Assembly: GCA_964640575.1 (NCBI GenBank)
Contig: CAZXGV010000001.1
Location: 6,815-70,814 of the forward strand
Length of the DNA stretch: 64,000 bases
Direction: 5' to 3'
Origin: an uncultured Dysgonomonadaceae bacterium
GTDB taxonomy: Bacteria > Bacteroidota > Bacteroidia > Bacteroidales > Dysgonomonadaceae
Part shown: one piece after another, positions 46,241-56,199 of the stretch
Numbering within the stretch: the first letter of the stretch is position 1
How the letters are laid out: each line of letters opens with the position of its first letter
Made by a program: the position numbers and the translations under genes
The notes under the pieces: model-generated
Seen by the model: the letters and a program-made list of their open reading frames with translations, nothing else
Databases searched by the model: none
Told to the model about the DNA's origin: nothing

Positions 46241-48142
46241 ATGAAAAAAGAGATTAAATTTGGTCTTCTTTACAGAGACATGTGGCAATCTTCGGGTAAA
46301 TATGTGCCCACCGTAGAGCAACTTACAGAGGTGGCTCCAGCGATAATAGATATGGGTTGTTTTGCCCGAGTAGAAACAAATGGTGGTGGTTTTGAACAGA
46401 TTAATCTTCTGTTTGGTGAAAATCCTAACAAAGCAGTTCGTGATTGGACAAAACCTTTTAACGATGCAGGTATACAAACACACATGCTTGAGCGTGGATT
46501 GAACGGAATTCGTATGAATCCAGTTCCTGCCGATGTGCGAAGGTTGATGTTTCAGGTAAAGAAAAAACAAGGTACAGATATTGCACGTTCGTTTGATGGG
46601 TTGAATGATATTCGCAACTTGAAGAATTCTATCGTGTTTGCCAAAGAGGCTGGCATGATTTCGCAAGCAGCTCTTAGCCTTACAGTTTCACCAGTTCACA
46701 CAGTGGAGTATTACACTAACTTGGCAGACTCTCTTATCGAGATTGGTGCAGATGAAATCTGTATTAAAGATATGGCTGGTATTGGCCGCCCTGCATCGAT
46801 TGGTAAGATTATTAAAAACATCAAAGAGAAACATGCCGATATACCTGTAACCTATCATGGTCATGCAGGTCCTGGTTTTCAGATGGCTTCTATCCTTGAA
46901 GCAGCTTATGCTGGTGCAGAGTACATTGATGTTGCTATGGAACCACTTTCGTGGGGTACAGGACACGCCGACCTATTGGCGGTTCAGGCAATGTTGAGGG
47001 ATGCTGGTTTTAAGGTTGCCGATATCAACATGAAAGCTTATATGAAGGTGCGAGCACTCACACAGAAGTATATGGATGATTTCTTGGGATACTACATCAA
47101 TCCTCGAAACAGACTGATGAACTCATTGTTGATTGCTCCTGGTTTGCCTGGAGGTATGATGGGTAGTTTGATGTCAGACTTGGAAAACAATCTCGCATCA
47201 CTAAATAGATGGAAAACGAGAAACGGACAAGAGGAGCTAACACAGGATGAGCTGTTAATTAAACTTTTCGATGAGGTTGCTTATGTATGGCCTAAAGTAG
47301 GTTATCCTCCATTGGTAACTCCTTTTAGTCAGTATGTGAAAAACCTTGCATTGATGAATGTGTTGCAGCTTGAGAAAAACAGGGAGCGCTGGTCGATGAT
47401 TGCCGATAACATTTGGGATATGATTCTTGGCAAATCGGGTAAATTGCCTGGTGAGCTTGCACCTGAAATTGTTGAGATGGCAAAAGAACAGAATCGCGAG
47501 TTTTATACTGGCGACCCACAAGAGTTATATCCCGACAAGCTCGACGAGTTCCGTGCAGAGATGAAGGAAAACAATTGGGACCTTGGTCAGGATGATGAAG
47601 AACTGTTTGAGTTAGGCATGCATCCCGAACAATATAGAGCCTATAAATCGGGTGAGGCTAAGAAATCTTTTGAAGAAGACTTGGCGATGAAGAAAGCGGA
47701 AGAAAGTGCTCCTGCTGTTTCAACAGCTCCTGCAGCCTCTGCTGCTACAACAGCCCACAACTTCCAACCCAAGAGATTGGTAGTGGATGTTGACAATGAG
47801 TCGTTTGTAGTAAATATCTCATATCCCGATGCTGATGGTGGAGTAGATCAGCCTGTTCAGAAAGGACAAGTTGACAAGCCTGTAGCTGATGCACCATCTT
47901 CAAGTGGCGAACTTAAGGAGCTTCTCTCACCGTTGGAAGGCAAGTTTTTCCTTACCAAAGAGAGTACAGAGAAACCTTTGCAAGTAGGCGATAACATTAA
48001 AGAGGGTGATTTAGTAGGCTACATCGAGTCGATGAAAACCTACAATGCTATAACAGCCGAAGAGAGTGGAACAGTAAAAGAAATCTGCTTTGCCAACGGA
48101 GAGTCCGTAGACGAAGATGACATACTTATAAAAATAGGGTAA
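46241..48142 (+). CDS. oadA: oxaloacetate decarboxylase alpha subunit (carboxyltransferase plus C-terminal biotinyl domain)
   Basis: 633 aa. The TIM-barrel carboxyltransferase has LYRDMWQS, KDMAGI and YHGHAG. An Ala/Pro linker (SAPAVSTAPAASAATTA) precedes the biotinyl domain, which has GYIESMKTYN (biotin Lys). Confidence 0.85.
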   Translation: MKKEIKFGLLYRDMWQSSGKYVPTVEQLTEVAPAIIDMGCFARVETNGGGFEQINLLFGENPNKAVRDWTKPFNDAGIQTHMLERGLNGIRMNPVPADVRRLMFQVKKKQGTDIARSFDGLNDIRNLKNSIVFAKEAGMISQAALSLTVSPVHTVEYYTNLADSLIEIGADEICIKDMAGIGRPASIGKIIKNIKEKHADIPVTYHGHAGPGFQMASILEAAYAGAEYIDVAMEPLSWGTGHADLLAVQAMLRDAGFKVADINMKAYMKVRALTQKYMDDFLGYYINPRNRLMNSLLIAPGLPGGMMGSLMSDLENNLASLNRWKTRNGQEELTQDELLIKLFDEVAYVWPKVGYPPLVTPFSQYVKNLALMNVLQLEKNRERWSMIADNIWDMILGKSGKLPGELAPEIVEMAKEQNREFYTGDPQELYPDKLDEFRAEMKENNWDLGQDDEELFELGMHPEQYRAYKSGEAKKSFEEDLAMKKAEESAPAVSTAPAASAATTAHNFQPKRLVVDVDNESFVVNISYPDADGGVDQPVQKGQVDKPVADAPSSSGELKELLSPLEGKFFLTKESTEKPLQVGDNIKEGDLVGYIESMKTYNAITAEESGTVKEICFANGESVDEDDILIKIG

Positions 48143-48145
48143 AGA

Positions 48146-49354
48146 ATGGGTGATATCTTTTCTAATTTGACGGAAATGACTGGTTTCAGCACCATGGGGT
48201 GGGAGACTGTCCTTATGTGGTTGATTGCATTCGTGCTATTGTATCTCGGTATCAAGAAAGGATACGAGCCTCTGTTGCTTGTCCCTATCGGTTTTGGGGT
48301 GCTGTTAGCAAACCTTCCTGGGGCTGGACTAAGCGTTGTAGATGCTTCGCTAGTGGTGAATGCAGATGGCACCTATATGAGCCTGTTGGATATTGCCGAT
48401 AAACATGGCATTATGAACTTGCTCTATTTCTCACTAATCAAAACTGGTATTCTACCGCCCATCATTTTTATGGGTGTGGGGGTGTTGACAGATTTTGGTC
48501 CAATGTTGAGAAACTTGAGGCTCTCGCTATTTGGTGGAGCTGCACAGCTCGGTATTTTTTCTGTGTTGATAGGAGCGGTTTTGATGGGTTTCACATTGCC
48601 TGAAGCTGCCTCACTCGGTATTATTGGAGGAGCAGACGGACCAACAGCCATCTACACAACTATTAAGCTGGCTCCACATCTTCTCGGTCCCATCGCTATT
48701 GCGGCTTACTCCTATATGGCGTTAGTGCCCGTGATTATTCCTTTTATAGCAAAGCTAATGATGAGTGAAGAGGAGTTCAAGATTCACATGAAGAAGATGG
48801 ATAGACAATATCCTCCGAAGCATGAAATTAAGCACCTCAAGACGGTTAAAATCATATTCCCTATTGTGTTGGGTGTGGTTGTGTCGGTGTTAGTACCTTC
48901 GTCGGCTCCACTGTTAGGGATGTTGCTCTTTGGCAATCTAGTAAAGGAGATAGGCACCAGTACAAGTCGCTTAGCAGATGCTGCTTCGGGACCCATTATG
49001 AATACAGCCACTATCTTTCTTGGGCTTACTGTGGGAGCTACTATGCAATCGGATGTATTCCTCACGACCCAAACACTGGGAATTATTGTAGGCGGATTGC
49101 TTGCTTTTGGTGTTTCTGTTGCAGGAGGTATTCTGGCGGTGAAAGGCTATAATCTATTTTCTAAAAAGAAAATCAACCCTCTTGTGGGTGCTACTGGTTT
49201 GAGTGCGGTTCCTATGGCTTCGCGCGTAGCAAACGAGGTGGCGTTAAGGTATGACAAGTCGAATCACATTCTTCAGTACTGCATGGCAAGCAACGTCTCT
49301 GGCGTGATTGGCTCGGCAGTGGCTGCTGGCGTGTTGATCTCTTTCTTGGGATAA
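48146..49354 (+). CDS. oadB: Na+-translocating decarboxylase beta subunit
   Basis: 402 aa and polytopic. Motifs include GILPPIIFMGVGVLTDFGP and GIIGGADGPTAIY, typical of OadB, GcdB and MmdB. Confidence 0.88.
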   Translation: MGDIFSNLTEMTGFSTMGWETVLMWLIAFVLLYLGIKKGYEPLLLVPIGFGVLLANLPGAGLSVVDASLVVNADGTYMSLLDIADKHGIMNLLYFSLIKTGILPPIIFMGVGVLTDFGPMLRNLRLSLFGGAAQLGIFSVLIGAVLMGFTLPEAASLGIIGGADGPTAIYTTIKLAPHLLGPIAIAAYSYMALVPVIIPFIAKLMMSEEEFKIHMKKMDRQYPPKHEIKHLKTVKIIFPIVLGVVVSVLVPSSAPLLGMLLFGNLVKEIGTSTSRLADAASGPIMNTATIFLGLTVGATMQSDVFLTTQTLGIIVGGLLAFGVSVAGGILAVKGYNLFSKKKINPLVGATGLSAVPMASRVANEVALRYDKSNHILQYCMASNVSGVIGSAVAAGVLISFLG

Positions 49355-49385
49355 AAAGAAGAAGGATTAATAATATATATAATAT

Positions 49386-49420
49386 AAAGAGGGTGTCACA
49401 AATAATGGCACCCTCTTTTT
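49386..49420 (+). terminator. rho-independent terminator after oadB
   Basis: AGAGGGTG (49388-49395), a 13-nt loop, CACCCTCT (49409-49416), then TTTTT. Confidence 0.7.
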
Positions 49421-49854
49421 ATATGTTTAAACAAACAAATGATTACTGTGTTGAGCAAAATTTTACTCCCAATTCTTCAGCACATTACATATGTTAGTAC
49501 CTTAAAGTCTACTGTTTGTGGATTTAGATAGTTTTTCTTTGATTCCATTTTGAAGGCATTGTCGCTACAGTTTGTAGAGTTGTTACGCATCTACCGTGCC
49601 AGTCAACAGTCCTTCAAACCCTGTTATCCTTTAAGTTTGATGGCTTGCACTCCATTTCTCCACCGAAGATTATCGATTCAACAGATGGTAATTGCGAACT
49701 CTCAGACAAGATTGCTGTGGCAAGAATGGATTGTTGCAGAATAAAGAGATTATGCTTCATTTATCGATTGAAATTTGCATCTACGGTATAAATTTGCCAC
49801 ATAAAGAGCTTTCTCTTGCAGTCTATAACAAAAATAGATCATATTAGTGATAGA

Positions 49855-50169
49855 AAACATTTCTTCCGTCGAAGATTTGACGAACAACAGATGAAAATGC
49901 AATCTTCCATCGAAGAAATGTTTAGAAAAGCACAAATGCGCATTTATTTCAAAAAGATTGGAGTTTTGGGAGATAAATGGAGGAGAAATTGAAGAAAATC
50001 CGGGTTTCTTCTCTAATTCGTCAAATTTTTCACAGAAGATTTGAATTTTGACTCTCTTTGCAGAGAAAATTCATCGCAGATTTGAAATTCATCTGTTGTT
50101 TTTCAAAAAAACCGTGGTAGATTCGATTTTCAACAGTCTTTCGTCAAATCTTCGACGGAAGAAATGTTT
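49855..50169. repeat. perfect 30-bp inverted repeat pair bounding a 255-bp segment (candidate inverton or MITE)
   Basis: AAACATTTCTTCCGTCGAAGATTTGACGAA at 49855-49884 is the exact reverse complement of 50140-50169. Similarity continues inward for about 20 nt (14/20). Further degenerate copies of the motif lie inside the segment. Confidence 0.9.
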
Positions 50170-50337
50170 AGAAAAGATTTTTGGTAGTTGTTCACTTTTA
50201 TCTTTACTCTTTGCTTCGCCATCAAGTTCCTTGAAGTAGTGAACTGTATCGCTAGAATTCGATACCCTGTTTCTGCGTAAAGTTGAGAACGTGAATGGTG
50301 AGAGTTAGATAGTTTTCAAATTAAATGGGGCAAAGCA

Positions 50338-50370
50338 CAAAAAAAAGTGTCCAAGTTACTTGGACACTTT
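50338..50370 (-). terminator. rho-independent terminator after pnp
   Basis: A 12-bp stem, AAAGTGTCCAAG and CTTGGACACTTT (50343-50369). On the minus strand it is followed by a T-run (the complement of the A-run at 50338-50345). Confidence 0.75.
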
Positions 50371-50396
50371 TCATTATAATAAGTAGATTGCTTTAA

Positions 50397-52529
50397 CTAA
50401 TCACGTCTTTTAGGTCTTTCGAGCAACACTTTTCGTGAAAGTTTGAATTTGCCAGAACGTGGGTCAATATCAACAAGTTTAACCATTATCTTATCACCTT
50501 CTTTAAATCCTGCATCTTCAATGTTCTCTATACGTTCCCACGCAATTTCAGAGATATGGAGTAATCCATCTTTCCCTGGAAGGAATTCGCAAAACAGGCC
50601 ATAAGGCATAACCGATCTCACCGTTGCCTCATACTCTTCGTTCACTTCGGGAATTGCAACAATCCCTTTAATTATGTTCATGGCTGCATCAATAATATCT
50701 TTGCTTGATGCTGATACTTGAATGTGTCCATGACCATTTTCTTCTTCAATGGTAATGGTTGCGCCAGTCTCTTCTTGTATTCCTTGAATAATTTTTCCGC
50801 CTGGTCCGATGATAGCTCCTATCAAGTCTTTAGGTATGTTCATAGTTTCGATACGTGGAGCATGAGGTTTGAAATCAGCTCTTGGCTCGGCTATAGCTTC
50901 TAGCATCTTGTCTAAAATATGCAGTCTTCCGTCGCGAGCTTGTGTAAGTGCTTGCTCTAAAATTTCGTATGATAGACCATCTACTTTAATATCCATTTGA
51001 GCCGCAGTAATACCATCTTTAGTTCCACACACTTTAAAGTCCATGTCGCCTAAATGATCTTCGTCTCCTAAAATATCTGAAAGTACAGCAAATTTCTGTC
51101 CTTTATTTTCAGAGATTAGACCCATTGCAATTCCCGAAACAGGCTTTTTAATTTTTACGCCAGCATCCATCAGTGCGAGTGTTCCCGAACATACTGTAGC
51201 CATAGACGATGATCCGTTTGATTCTAGAATGTCTGAAACTACACGTATCACATAAGGATAGTTCTCAGGTATTTGTCCTTTCAGAGCGCGATGCGCTAAG
51301 TTTCCATGTCCTATTTCTCTACGTCCTGTACCTCGATAGGGTCTAGCATCTCCTGTTGAGAAGGGTGGGAAGTTGTAGTGAAGCAAGAAGCGGTCTTTGC
51401 CTCTGTTTAGAACTTCGTCAATAATTTTTTCATCCAACTTAGTTCCCAAAGTTGCTGAAGTAAGTGCTTGGGTCTCTCCGCGCGTAAAAACTGCCGAGCC
51501 GTGAGGTCCCGGGATATAATCAACCTCCGCCCAAATAGGACGAATTTCATTTGTAGCCCTTCCATCTAATCTCTTACCTTCGTCTAAGATTGAGCGACGC
51601 ATAGCTTCTTTCTCTACAGCATGGTAATATTTACTCACTAAGGGAGCTTTCTCATTACGCTCATCTTCGTCTTCAATAGCCGCTAAGTATTCTTCTTTAA
51701 TTGCTTCAAAAGATGCAATTCTTTCGTGTTTGTTAGGATTTTGGGCTGTTGCTACTTCATAAGCTTTTTGGTAACATTTGTCCCAAATGTCTTTCTCAAG
51801 CTCTTCGTCTACATCTTCGTGACTGAATTCGCGTTTCTCTACAGTGTTGCAAGCTTCCATCAGTTTGATTTGTGCTTCGCACTGATTTTTTATTACTTCA
51901 TGAGCAATTTTGATAGCTCCCAAAAACTCAGCTTCGCTTACTTCATCCATTTCTCCCTCTACCATCATCACATTGTCTATGGTAGCTCCTACCATAATGT
52001 CTATGTCGGATTTTTCATTTTCTGAAAAAGTGGGGTTTACAACAAACTTCCCATCAATACGAGCAACTCGTGCTTCTGATATTGGTCCATTGAAAGGAAC
52101 ATCAGAAACAGCTAAGGCTGCTGAAGCTGCCAAAGCAGCTAATGCATCGGGCATGTCCTCGCCGTCTGAAGAGTATAGGGTAACGTTGACGAAAACATCG
52201 GCGTGATAGTTGTCAGGAAATAGAGGGCGTAGAACCCTGTCAATTAGTCTACTTGTTAGTATTTCGTGTTCGGAAGGTCTTCCTTCTCTTTTCATAAATC
52301 CGCCAGGATATCTTCCGAAAGCGGAGAATTTTTCTCTGTACTCAACCTGTAAAGGCATAAAATCAACTCCAGGGCTTGCATCTTTAGCAGCAGTAACAGT
52401 AGCCAAGAGCATGGTATTGCCCATTCTTAGAACAACAGCACCATCGGCTTGTTTTGCTAACTTCCCTGTTTCGAGCGTAATTGTGCGGCCATCTGCCAAC
52501 ATTATGCTCTGAACAATTGGATTAATCAT
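50397..52529 (-). CDS. pnp: polyribonucleotide nucleotidyltransferase (PNPase)
   Basis: 710 aa with two RNase PH domains, a KH domain ([21 protein letters not shown]) and an S1 domain ([29 protein letters not shown]). Confidence 0.93.
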   Translation of the reverse strand: MINPIVQSIMLADGRTITLETGKLAKQADGAVVLRMGNTMLLATVTAAKDASPGVDFMPLQVEYREKFSAFGRYPGGFMKREGRPSEHEILTSRLIDRVLRPLFPDNYHADVFVNVTLYSSDGEDMPDALAALAASAALAVSDVPFNGPISEARVARIDGKFVVNPTFSENEKSDIDIMVGATIDNVMMVEGEMDEVSEAEFLGAIKIAHEVIKNQCEAQIKLMEACNTVEKREFSHEDVDEELEKDIWDKCYQKAYEVATAQNPNKHERIASFEAIKEEYLAAIEDEDERNEKAPLVSKYYHAVEKEAMRRSILDEGKRLDGRATNEIRPIWAEVDYIPGPHGSAVFTRGETQALTSATLGTKLDEKIIDEVLNRGKDRFLLHYNFPPFSTGDARPYRGTGRREIGHGNLAHRALKGQIPENYPYVIRVVSDILESNGSSSMATVCSGTLALMDAGVKIKKPVSGIAMGLISENKGQKFAVLSDILGDEDHLGDMDFKVCGTKDGITAAQMDIKVDGLSYEILEQALTQARDGRLHILDKMLEAIAEPRADFKPHAPRIETMNIPKDLIGAIIGPGGKIIQGIQEETGATITIEEENGHGHIQVSASSKDIIDAAMNIIKGIVAIPEVNEEYEATVRSVMPYGLFCEFLPGKDGLLHISEIAWERIENIEDAGFKEGDKIMVKLVDIDPRSGKFKLSRKVLLERPKRRD

Positions 52530-52750
52530 AAATTTTATTGTTTTATTTTATATCTAATAATCATACAAAGTTACATATTAATTTTAACTTTAAGACTCTG
52601 TTATGTATTAATTTATAGAACAAAAAGAGAAAGAGGGAGCTAACAATGCAAAACATTTTCTGTAGTTGATAGCTCTTTATGTGCTAGAATGCGAAAAAAT
52701 GTATAAATTTGCACACTCTAATTATAACAAGTATACTTTAAAAATTGAAT

Positions 52751-53914
52751 ATGAACAAGTTGATATCATCCACACTGTTTTTAATAGTAACCTCCTTGCT
52801 ACTTTTGTCTTCGTGTGACTCTAAAGGAAAATCATTTCGTATCGAAGGGACAATTTCCTCTGCCGAAGATAAAGTTATATATCTTGAACATAGAAGTTTG
52901 GGGGGTATCCAGATGTTGGATTCTGTGAAAATAAAGAAGAACGGCAAGTTTGTCTTTAAGCAAGATGCTCCTGACAATCCTGAGTTTTATCAATTAAGAT
53001 TGGACAATCAGTCTATTGTTTTTGCTGTTGATTCTGTTGAATCCTTAAAGATAGAAGCCGATGGTTTAGATTTATACAATACATATACGATAGAGCCCGC
53101 CACACTTAACGAGCAAATAAGGAAGGTTATTGATCTACAGCACGATGCGAAGAGTAATATCTCTAATTTGGTCGATCAACATGAGAATAAAGAGATAGAA
53201 GATGTAGCTTTTATGGAACGAGTTGACTCTGTTTTGTCGGTGTATAAAACACAAGCAACCAAACTCATATTAGGAAATCCAGCAAGCGCAGCGGCTTATT
53301 ATGCAGTTTTTCAGAAAATAGACGATTATCTAATTTTTGATCCGTACAGCAAACAAGATTATCCAATGTTTGGTGCTGTTGCCACTTCTTGGACTCGGTT
53401 TTATCCAGAAACACAACGAACAAAACATTTGTACGAGTTTACGATGAATGCATTGCGAGTACGCAAACAGCAAGAAAAGCAAAGTGACTTTATGAGTAAC
53501 ATTACTGTTACTGACACTCAACTACCGGATGTCTCACTTAAAAATGTGAAAGGACAAAGAGTTAACTTGTCTTCTTTCAAAGGAGAATATGTTTTACTTG
53601 ATTTTACTGCATATAAGTCAGAGTTTTCGTTGAAGCACAACGAGATTATAAATCGAGTTTACAACAAGTACAAATCGAGAGGGTTTACAGTATATCAAGT
53701 GTCATTAGATTCTGATGCTCACTTTTGGAAAAATGTGGCTGTTGAATTGCCTTGGACAACTGTGTATGAACCTCAATCGGTAAACTCTACACTGTTGAGA
53801 AATTATAATGTGCGTGAATTACCCACAGCTTATGTGCTAAATAAGGAAGGAGATTTGATAAAAAGAATCGAAAACTACGATGAATTAGATAGTTATATTA
53901 GTCAATTGCTATAA
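52751..53914 (+). CDS. lipoprotein with a DUF4369-like N-terminal domain and a TlpA/AhpC-like thioredoxin fold lacking the CXXC motif
   Basis: The lipobox is LLLLSSC. The C-terminal fold ..FKGEYVLLDFTAYKSEFSLKH..FTVYQVSLD..LPTAYVLNKEGDLI is thioredoxin-like. The CXXC position reads YKSE, and the only Cys is the lipobox Cys. The ATG at 52751 is preferred over the TTG at 52745. Confidence 0.7.
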   Translation: MNKLISSTLFLIVTSLLLLSSCDSKGKSFRIEGTISSAEDKVIYLEHRSLGGIQMLDSVKIKKNGKFVFKQDAPDNPEFYQLRLDNQSIVFAVDSVESLKIEADGLDLYNTYTIEPATLNEQIRKVIDLQHDAKSNISNLVDQHENKEIEDVAFMERVDSVLSVYKTQATKLILGNPASAAAYYAVFQKIDDYLIFDPYSKQDYPMFGAVATSWTRFYPETQRTKHLYEFTMNALRVRKQQEKQSDFMSNITVTDTQLPDVSLKNVKGQRVNLSSFKGEYVLLDFTAYKSEFSLKHNEIINRVYNKYKSRGFTVYQVSLDSDAHFWKNVAVELPWTTVYEPQSVNSTLLRNYNVRELPTAYVLNKEGDLIKRIENYDELDSYISQLL

Positions 53915-54087
53915 AAAGCATTGAAATAGTTGCTATTTATATTAAGAAATATTATCTTTGTGGGTATAATAGAGGTAAAAGAAGGGATTCTGGTCTGCAG
54001 GAAAATAACTGACCAGAATTTTTTTTCTTACTTCTAACTATGTCTATACATGAATAAACGAATATCAACTAATTAAAATAATTAATT

Positions 54088-54558
54088 ATGTCAATCACAT
54101 ATATGACCGAAGACGGTTATAATAAACTAAAAGAAGAGATAGCGCATCTTGAATCTGTGGAAAGGCCAAAGATTTCTAAGCAAATTGGAGAGGCTCGCGA
54201 CAAAGGCGATTTGTCGGAAAATGCAGAGTATGATGCTGCAAAAGAAGCACAGGGAATGTTGGAGGCAAAGATATCTCAACTTAAAACTGTGATGGCTTCA
54301 GCAAGGCTAATTGACGAAAGGACAATTGGCACAGATACGGTTAAGATTATGAATCGTGTAACAATGAAAAACCTCAAAACTAACAAACTAATGACATATA
54401 CGTTAGTTTCTGAAACAGAAGCTGATTTCAAACAGGGTAAAATTGCTGTTAATACCCCTATAGGTCAAGGTTTGATGGGTAAAAAAGTGGGGGATGTTGT
54501 TGATATTACTATCCCTTCGGGAGTGCTGAGTGTAGAAATTATAGAGATTGCAATTTGA
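54088..54558 (+). CDS. greA: transcription elongation factor GreA
   Basis: 156 aa with ..GYNKLKEEIAHLE..RPKISKQIGEARDKGDLSENAEYDAAKEAQ.. and a C-terminal FKBP-like domain. Confidence 0.92.
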   Translation: MSITYMTEDGYNKLKEEIAHLESVERPKISKQIGEARDKGDLSENAEYDAAKEAQGMLEAKISQLKTVMASARLIDERTIGTDTVKIMNRVTMKNLKTNKLMTYTLVSETEADFKQGKIAVNTPIGQGLMGKKVGDVVDITIPSGVLSVEIIEIAI

Positions 54559-54618
54559 GATTGAATCACTGATACATTACTATATGAATATATTTTTATA
54601 TTAAAAAACTAATAGAAT

Positions 54619-55011
54619 ATGGCTACCATTTTTACAAAAATAGTAAAGGGCGAAATCCCATCGCACAAAGTTTTTGAAGATGAAAAGTTTTATGCTTTTC
54701 TCGATATTAATCCTTTGGCGAAAGGACACACTTTAGTAATTCCAAAGCAAGAGGTGGATTATTTGTTTGATATCGATGATGAGCTCCTATCAGAAATGAT
54801 TGTAGTGTCAAAGAAAGTAGCTAAGGCTTTGGAGAAGGCTGTTTCATGTACTAGAGTGGGGATGATGGTTATTGGCTTAGAGGTTCCTCATGCACACATT
54901 CACTTAATCCCTATACAAACCGAAAGAGACATGAATTTGTCAAATAAACGTGTAAAATTGTCGAAAGATGAATTTGAGAAGGTTGCAAGTGATATAAGTA
55001 GCTTCATATAA
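54619..55011 (+). CDS. HIT-family (histidine triad) nucleotide hydrolase/transferase
   Basis: 130 aa with IFTKIVKGEIPS, FLDINPLAKGHTLVIPK and the triad HAHIHLIP. Confidence 0.88.
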   Translation: MATIFTKIVKGEIPSHKVFEDEKFYAFLDINPLAKGHTLVIPKQEVDYLFDIDDELLSEMIVVSKKVAKALEKAVSCTRVGMMVIGLEVPHAHIHLIPIQTERDMNLSNKRVKLSKDEFEKVASDISSFI

Positions 55012-55098
55012 AAGTACAATCACAAAAATATAACAAACGATGAGTTCTGTAAGAAGGGATTCATCGTTTTTTTATTGTGTGTAAAGGTGCAATCCTAA

Positions 55099-56067
55099 TT
55101 AAATTTTTCTGATTCGCACCCCTCTGACAAAATGGCACTCTCCTTTCTCCAAAATAAGATCGGCTCTGAATCGAGTTGGCAGAATATTTTGCTCTAAATT
55201 AGGTGAGTTGATATTGTCCCATATTTGATTTGCAAATTTAAGGCTCTCCTTTTCCGATGAATGTGCAAATTGATGGAAATAGGAATCGGGGTTTAGAAAA
55301 GCAGTTTTTTTAAGTTTCAAGAATCTTTCGATAAACCACTGGCGTAAATCTTTGTGGCTAGCATCTACATAGATGGAGAAGTCGAAAAAGTCGGATACAA
55401 ACACTCGCTTCTTTCGCCTTCCTTCAGCACTTCTAGGCACTTGCAAAACATTGACTCCCTCTACAATCAAAATGTCAGGTTGCTCTATCTTTTGTGTCTT
55501 ATTAGGTATAACATCATAATACAGATGCGAATATACTGGGGCATGCAATATTTGTCTGCCAGATTTTGCAGCCGAAAGGAAAGCTATCAAGCTTTTTGCG
55601 TCATAGCTTTCTGGAAAACCTTTGCGGTTAAATATTCCTCGTTTGTTTAGTTCTTCATTTGAGTATAGGAATCCATCGGTTGTTACTAACTCTACATTTA
55701 GTCGCTCGGGAGTTAGTGATAGTAGCTTTTGTAAAACTCTTGCAGTCGTACTTTTACCTGCTGCCACACTTCCAGCAATTCCGATGATATAGGGTACACT
55801 TTTGCTTCTGTTTTTGAAAAACTCGTCTCGTTCATTGTGAAGTCTGCGATAGTGAGTTATGTGTATTTGCAACAATCGAATCATTGGAATATAAACCTCT
55901 TCTATCTCTTCGAGGGTCAGCGGCTCGTTTAGACCTTGTAGCTTTGTCAAGTCTAAATCAGAGGTTGATATAGGAAATTCAGGATGATCTTCAAGTTTGC
56001 TCCACTCGCTTCGTGTGAAGCTTCTAAAGGGGGAGTATGTAGCCTGATAGGGAGTAGTTTTAGTCAT
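55099..56067 (-). CDS. coaA: type I pantothenate kinase
   Basis: 322 aa and colinear with E. coli CoaA as I recall it. Motifs include IIGIAGSVAAGKSTTARVLQ, TTDGFLY, KGFPESYD, PVYSHLYYDV, PDILIVEGVNVLQ and FVSDFFDFSIYVDA. Confidence 0.9.
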   Translation of the reverse strand: MTKTTPYQATYSPFRSFTRSEWSKLEDHPEFPISTSDLDLTKLQGLNEPLTLEEIEEVYIPMIRLLQIHITHYRRLHNERDEFFKNRSKSVPYIIGIAGSVAAGKSTTARVLQKLLSLTPERLNVELVTTDGFLYSNEELNKRGIFNRKGFPESYDAKSLIAFLSAAKSGRQILHAPVYSHLYYDVIPNKTQKIEQPDILIVEGVNVLQVPRSAEGRRKKRVFVSDFFDFSIYVDASHKDLRQWFIERFLKLKKTAFLNPDSYFHQFAHSSEKESLKFANQIWDNINSPNLEQNILPTRFRADLILEKGECHFVRGVRIRKI

Positions 56068-56199
56068 TGGATTGTAGTTGTGATTATTAATGCAAAGTTA
56101 TAGTGTTTGTTTGTAACTATCACTATTTTTATATGAAAAAGCCGATGGATATGAATATCCATTGGCTTTCGCATAAATTTATCCTATTTTTTACATCAA

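Noticed and set aside
46100-46666. The 188-aa minus-strand ORF over the oadG/oadA junction
   Set aside because: It is antisense to the decarboxylase genes and spans their intergenic spacer, with no motifs.
49421-49750. A possible gene remnant or tRNA/sRNA in the left part of the oadB-pnp gap
   Set aside because: Six-frame reading gives only short peptides with no family resemblance. No tRNA-like T-arm or acceptor pattern (such as GGTTCGAATCC) was seen. I could not support any call.
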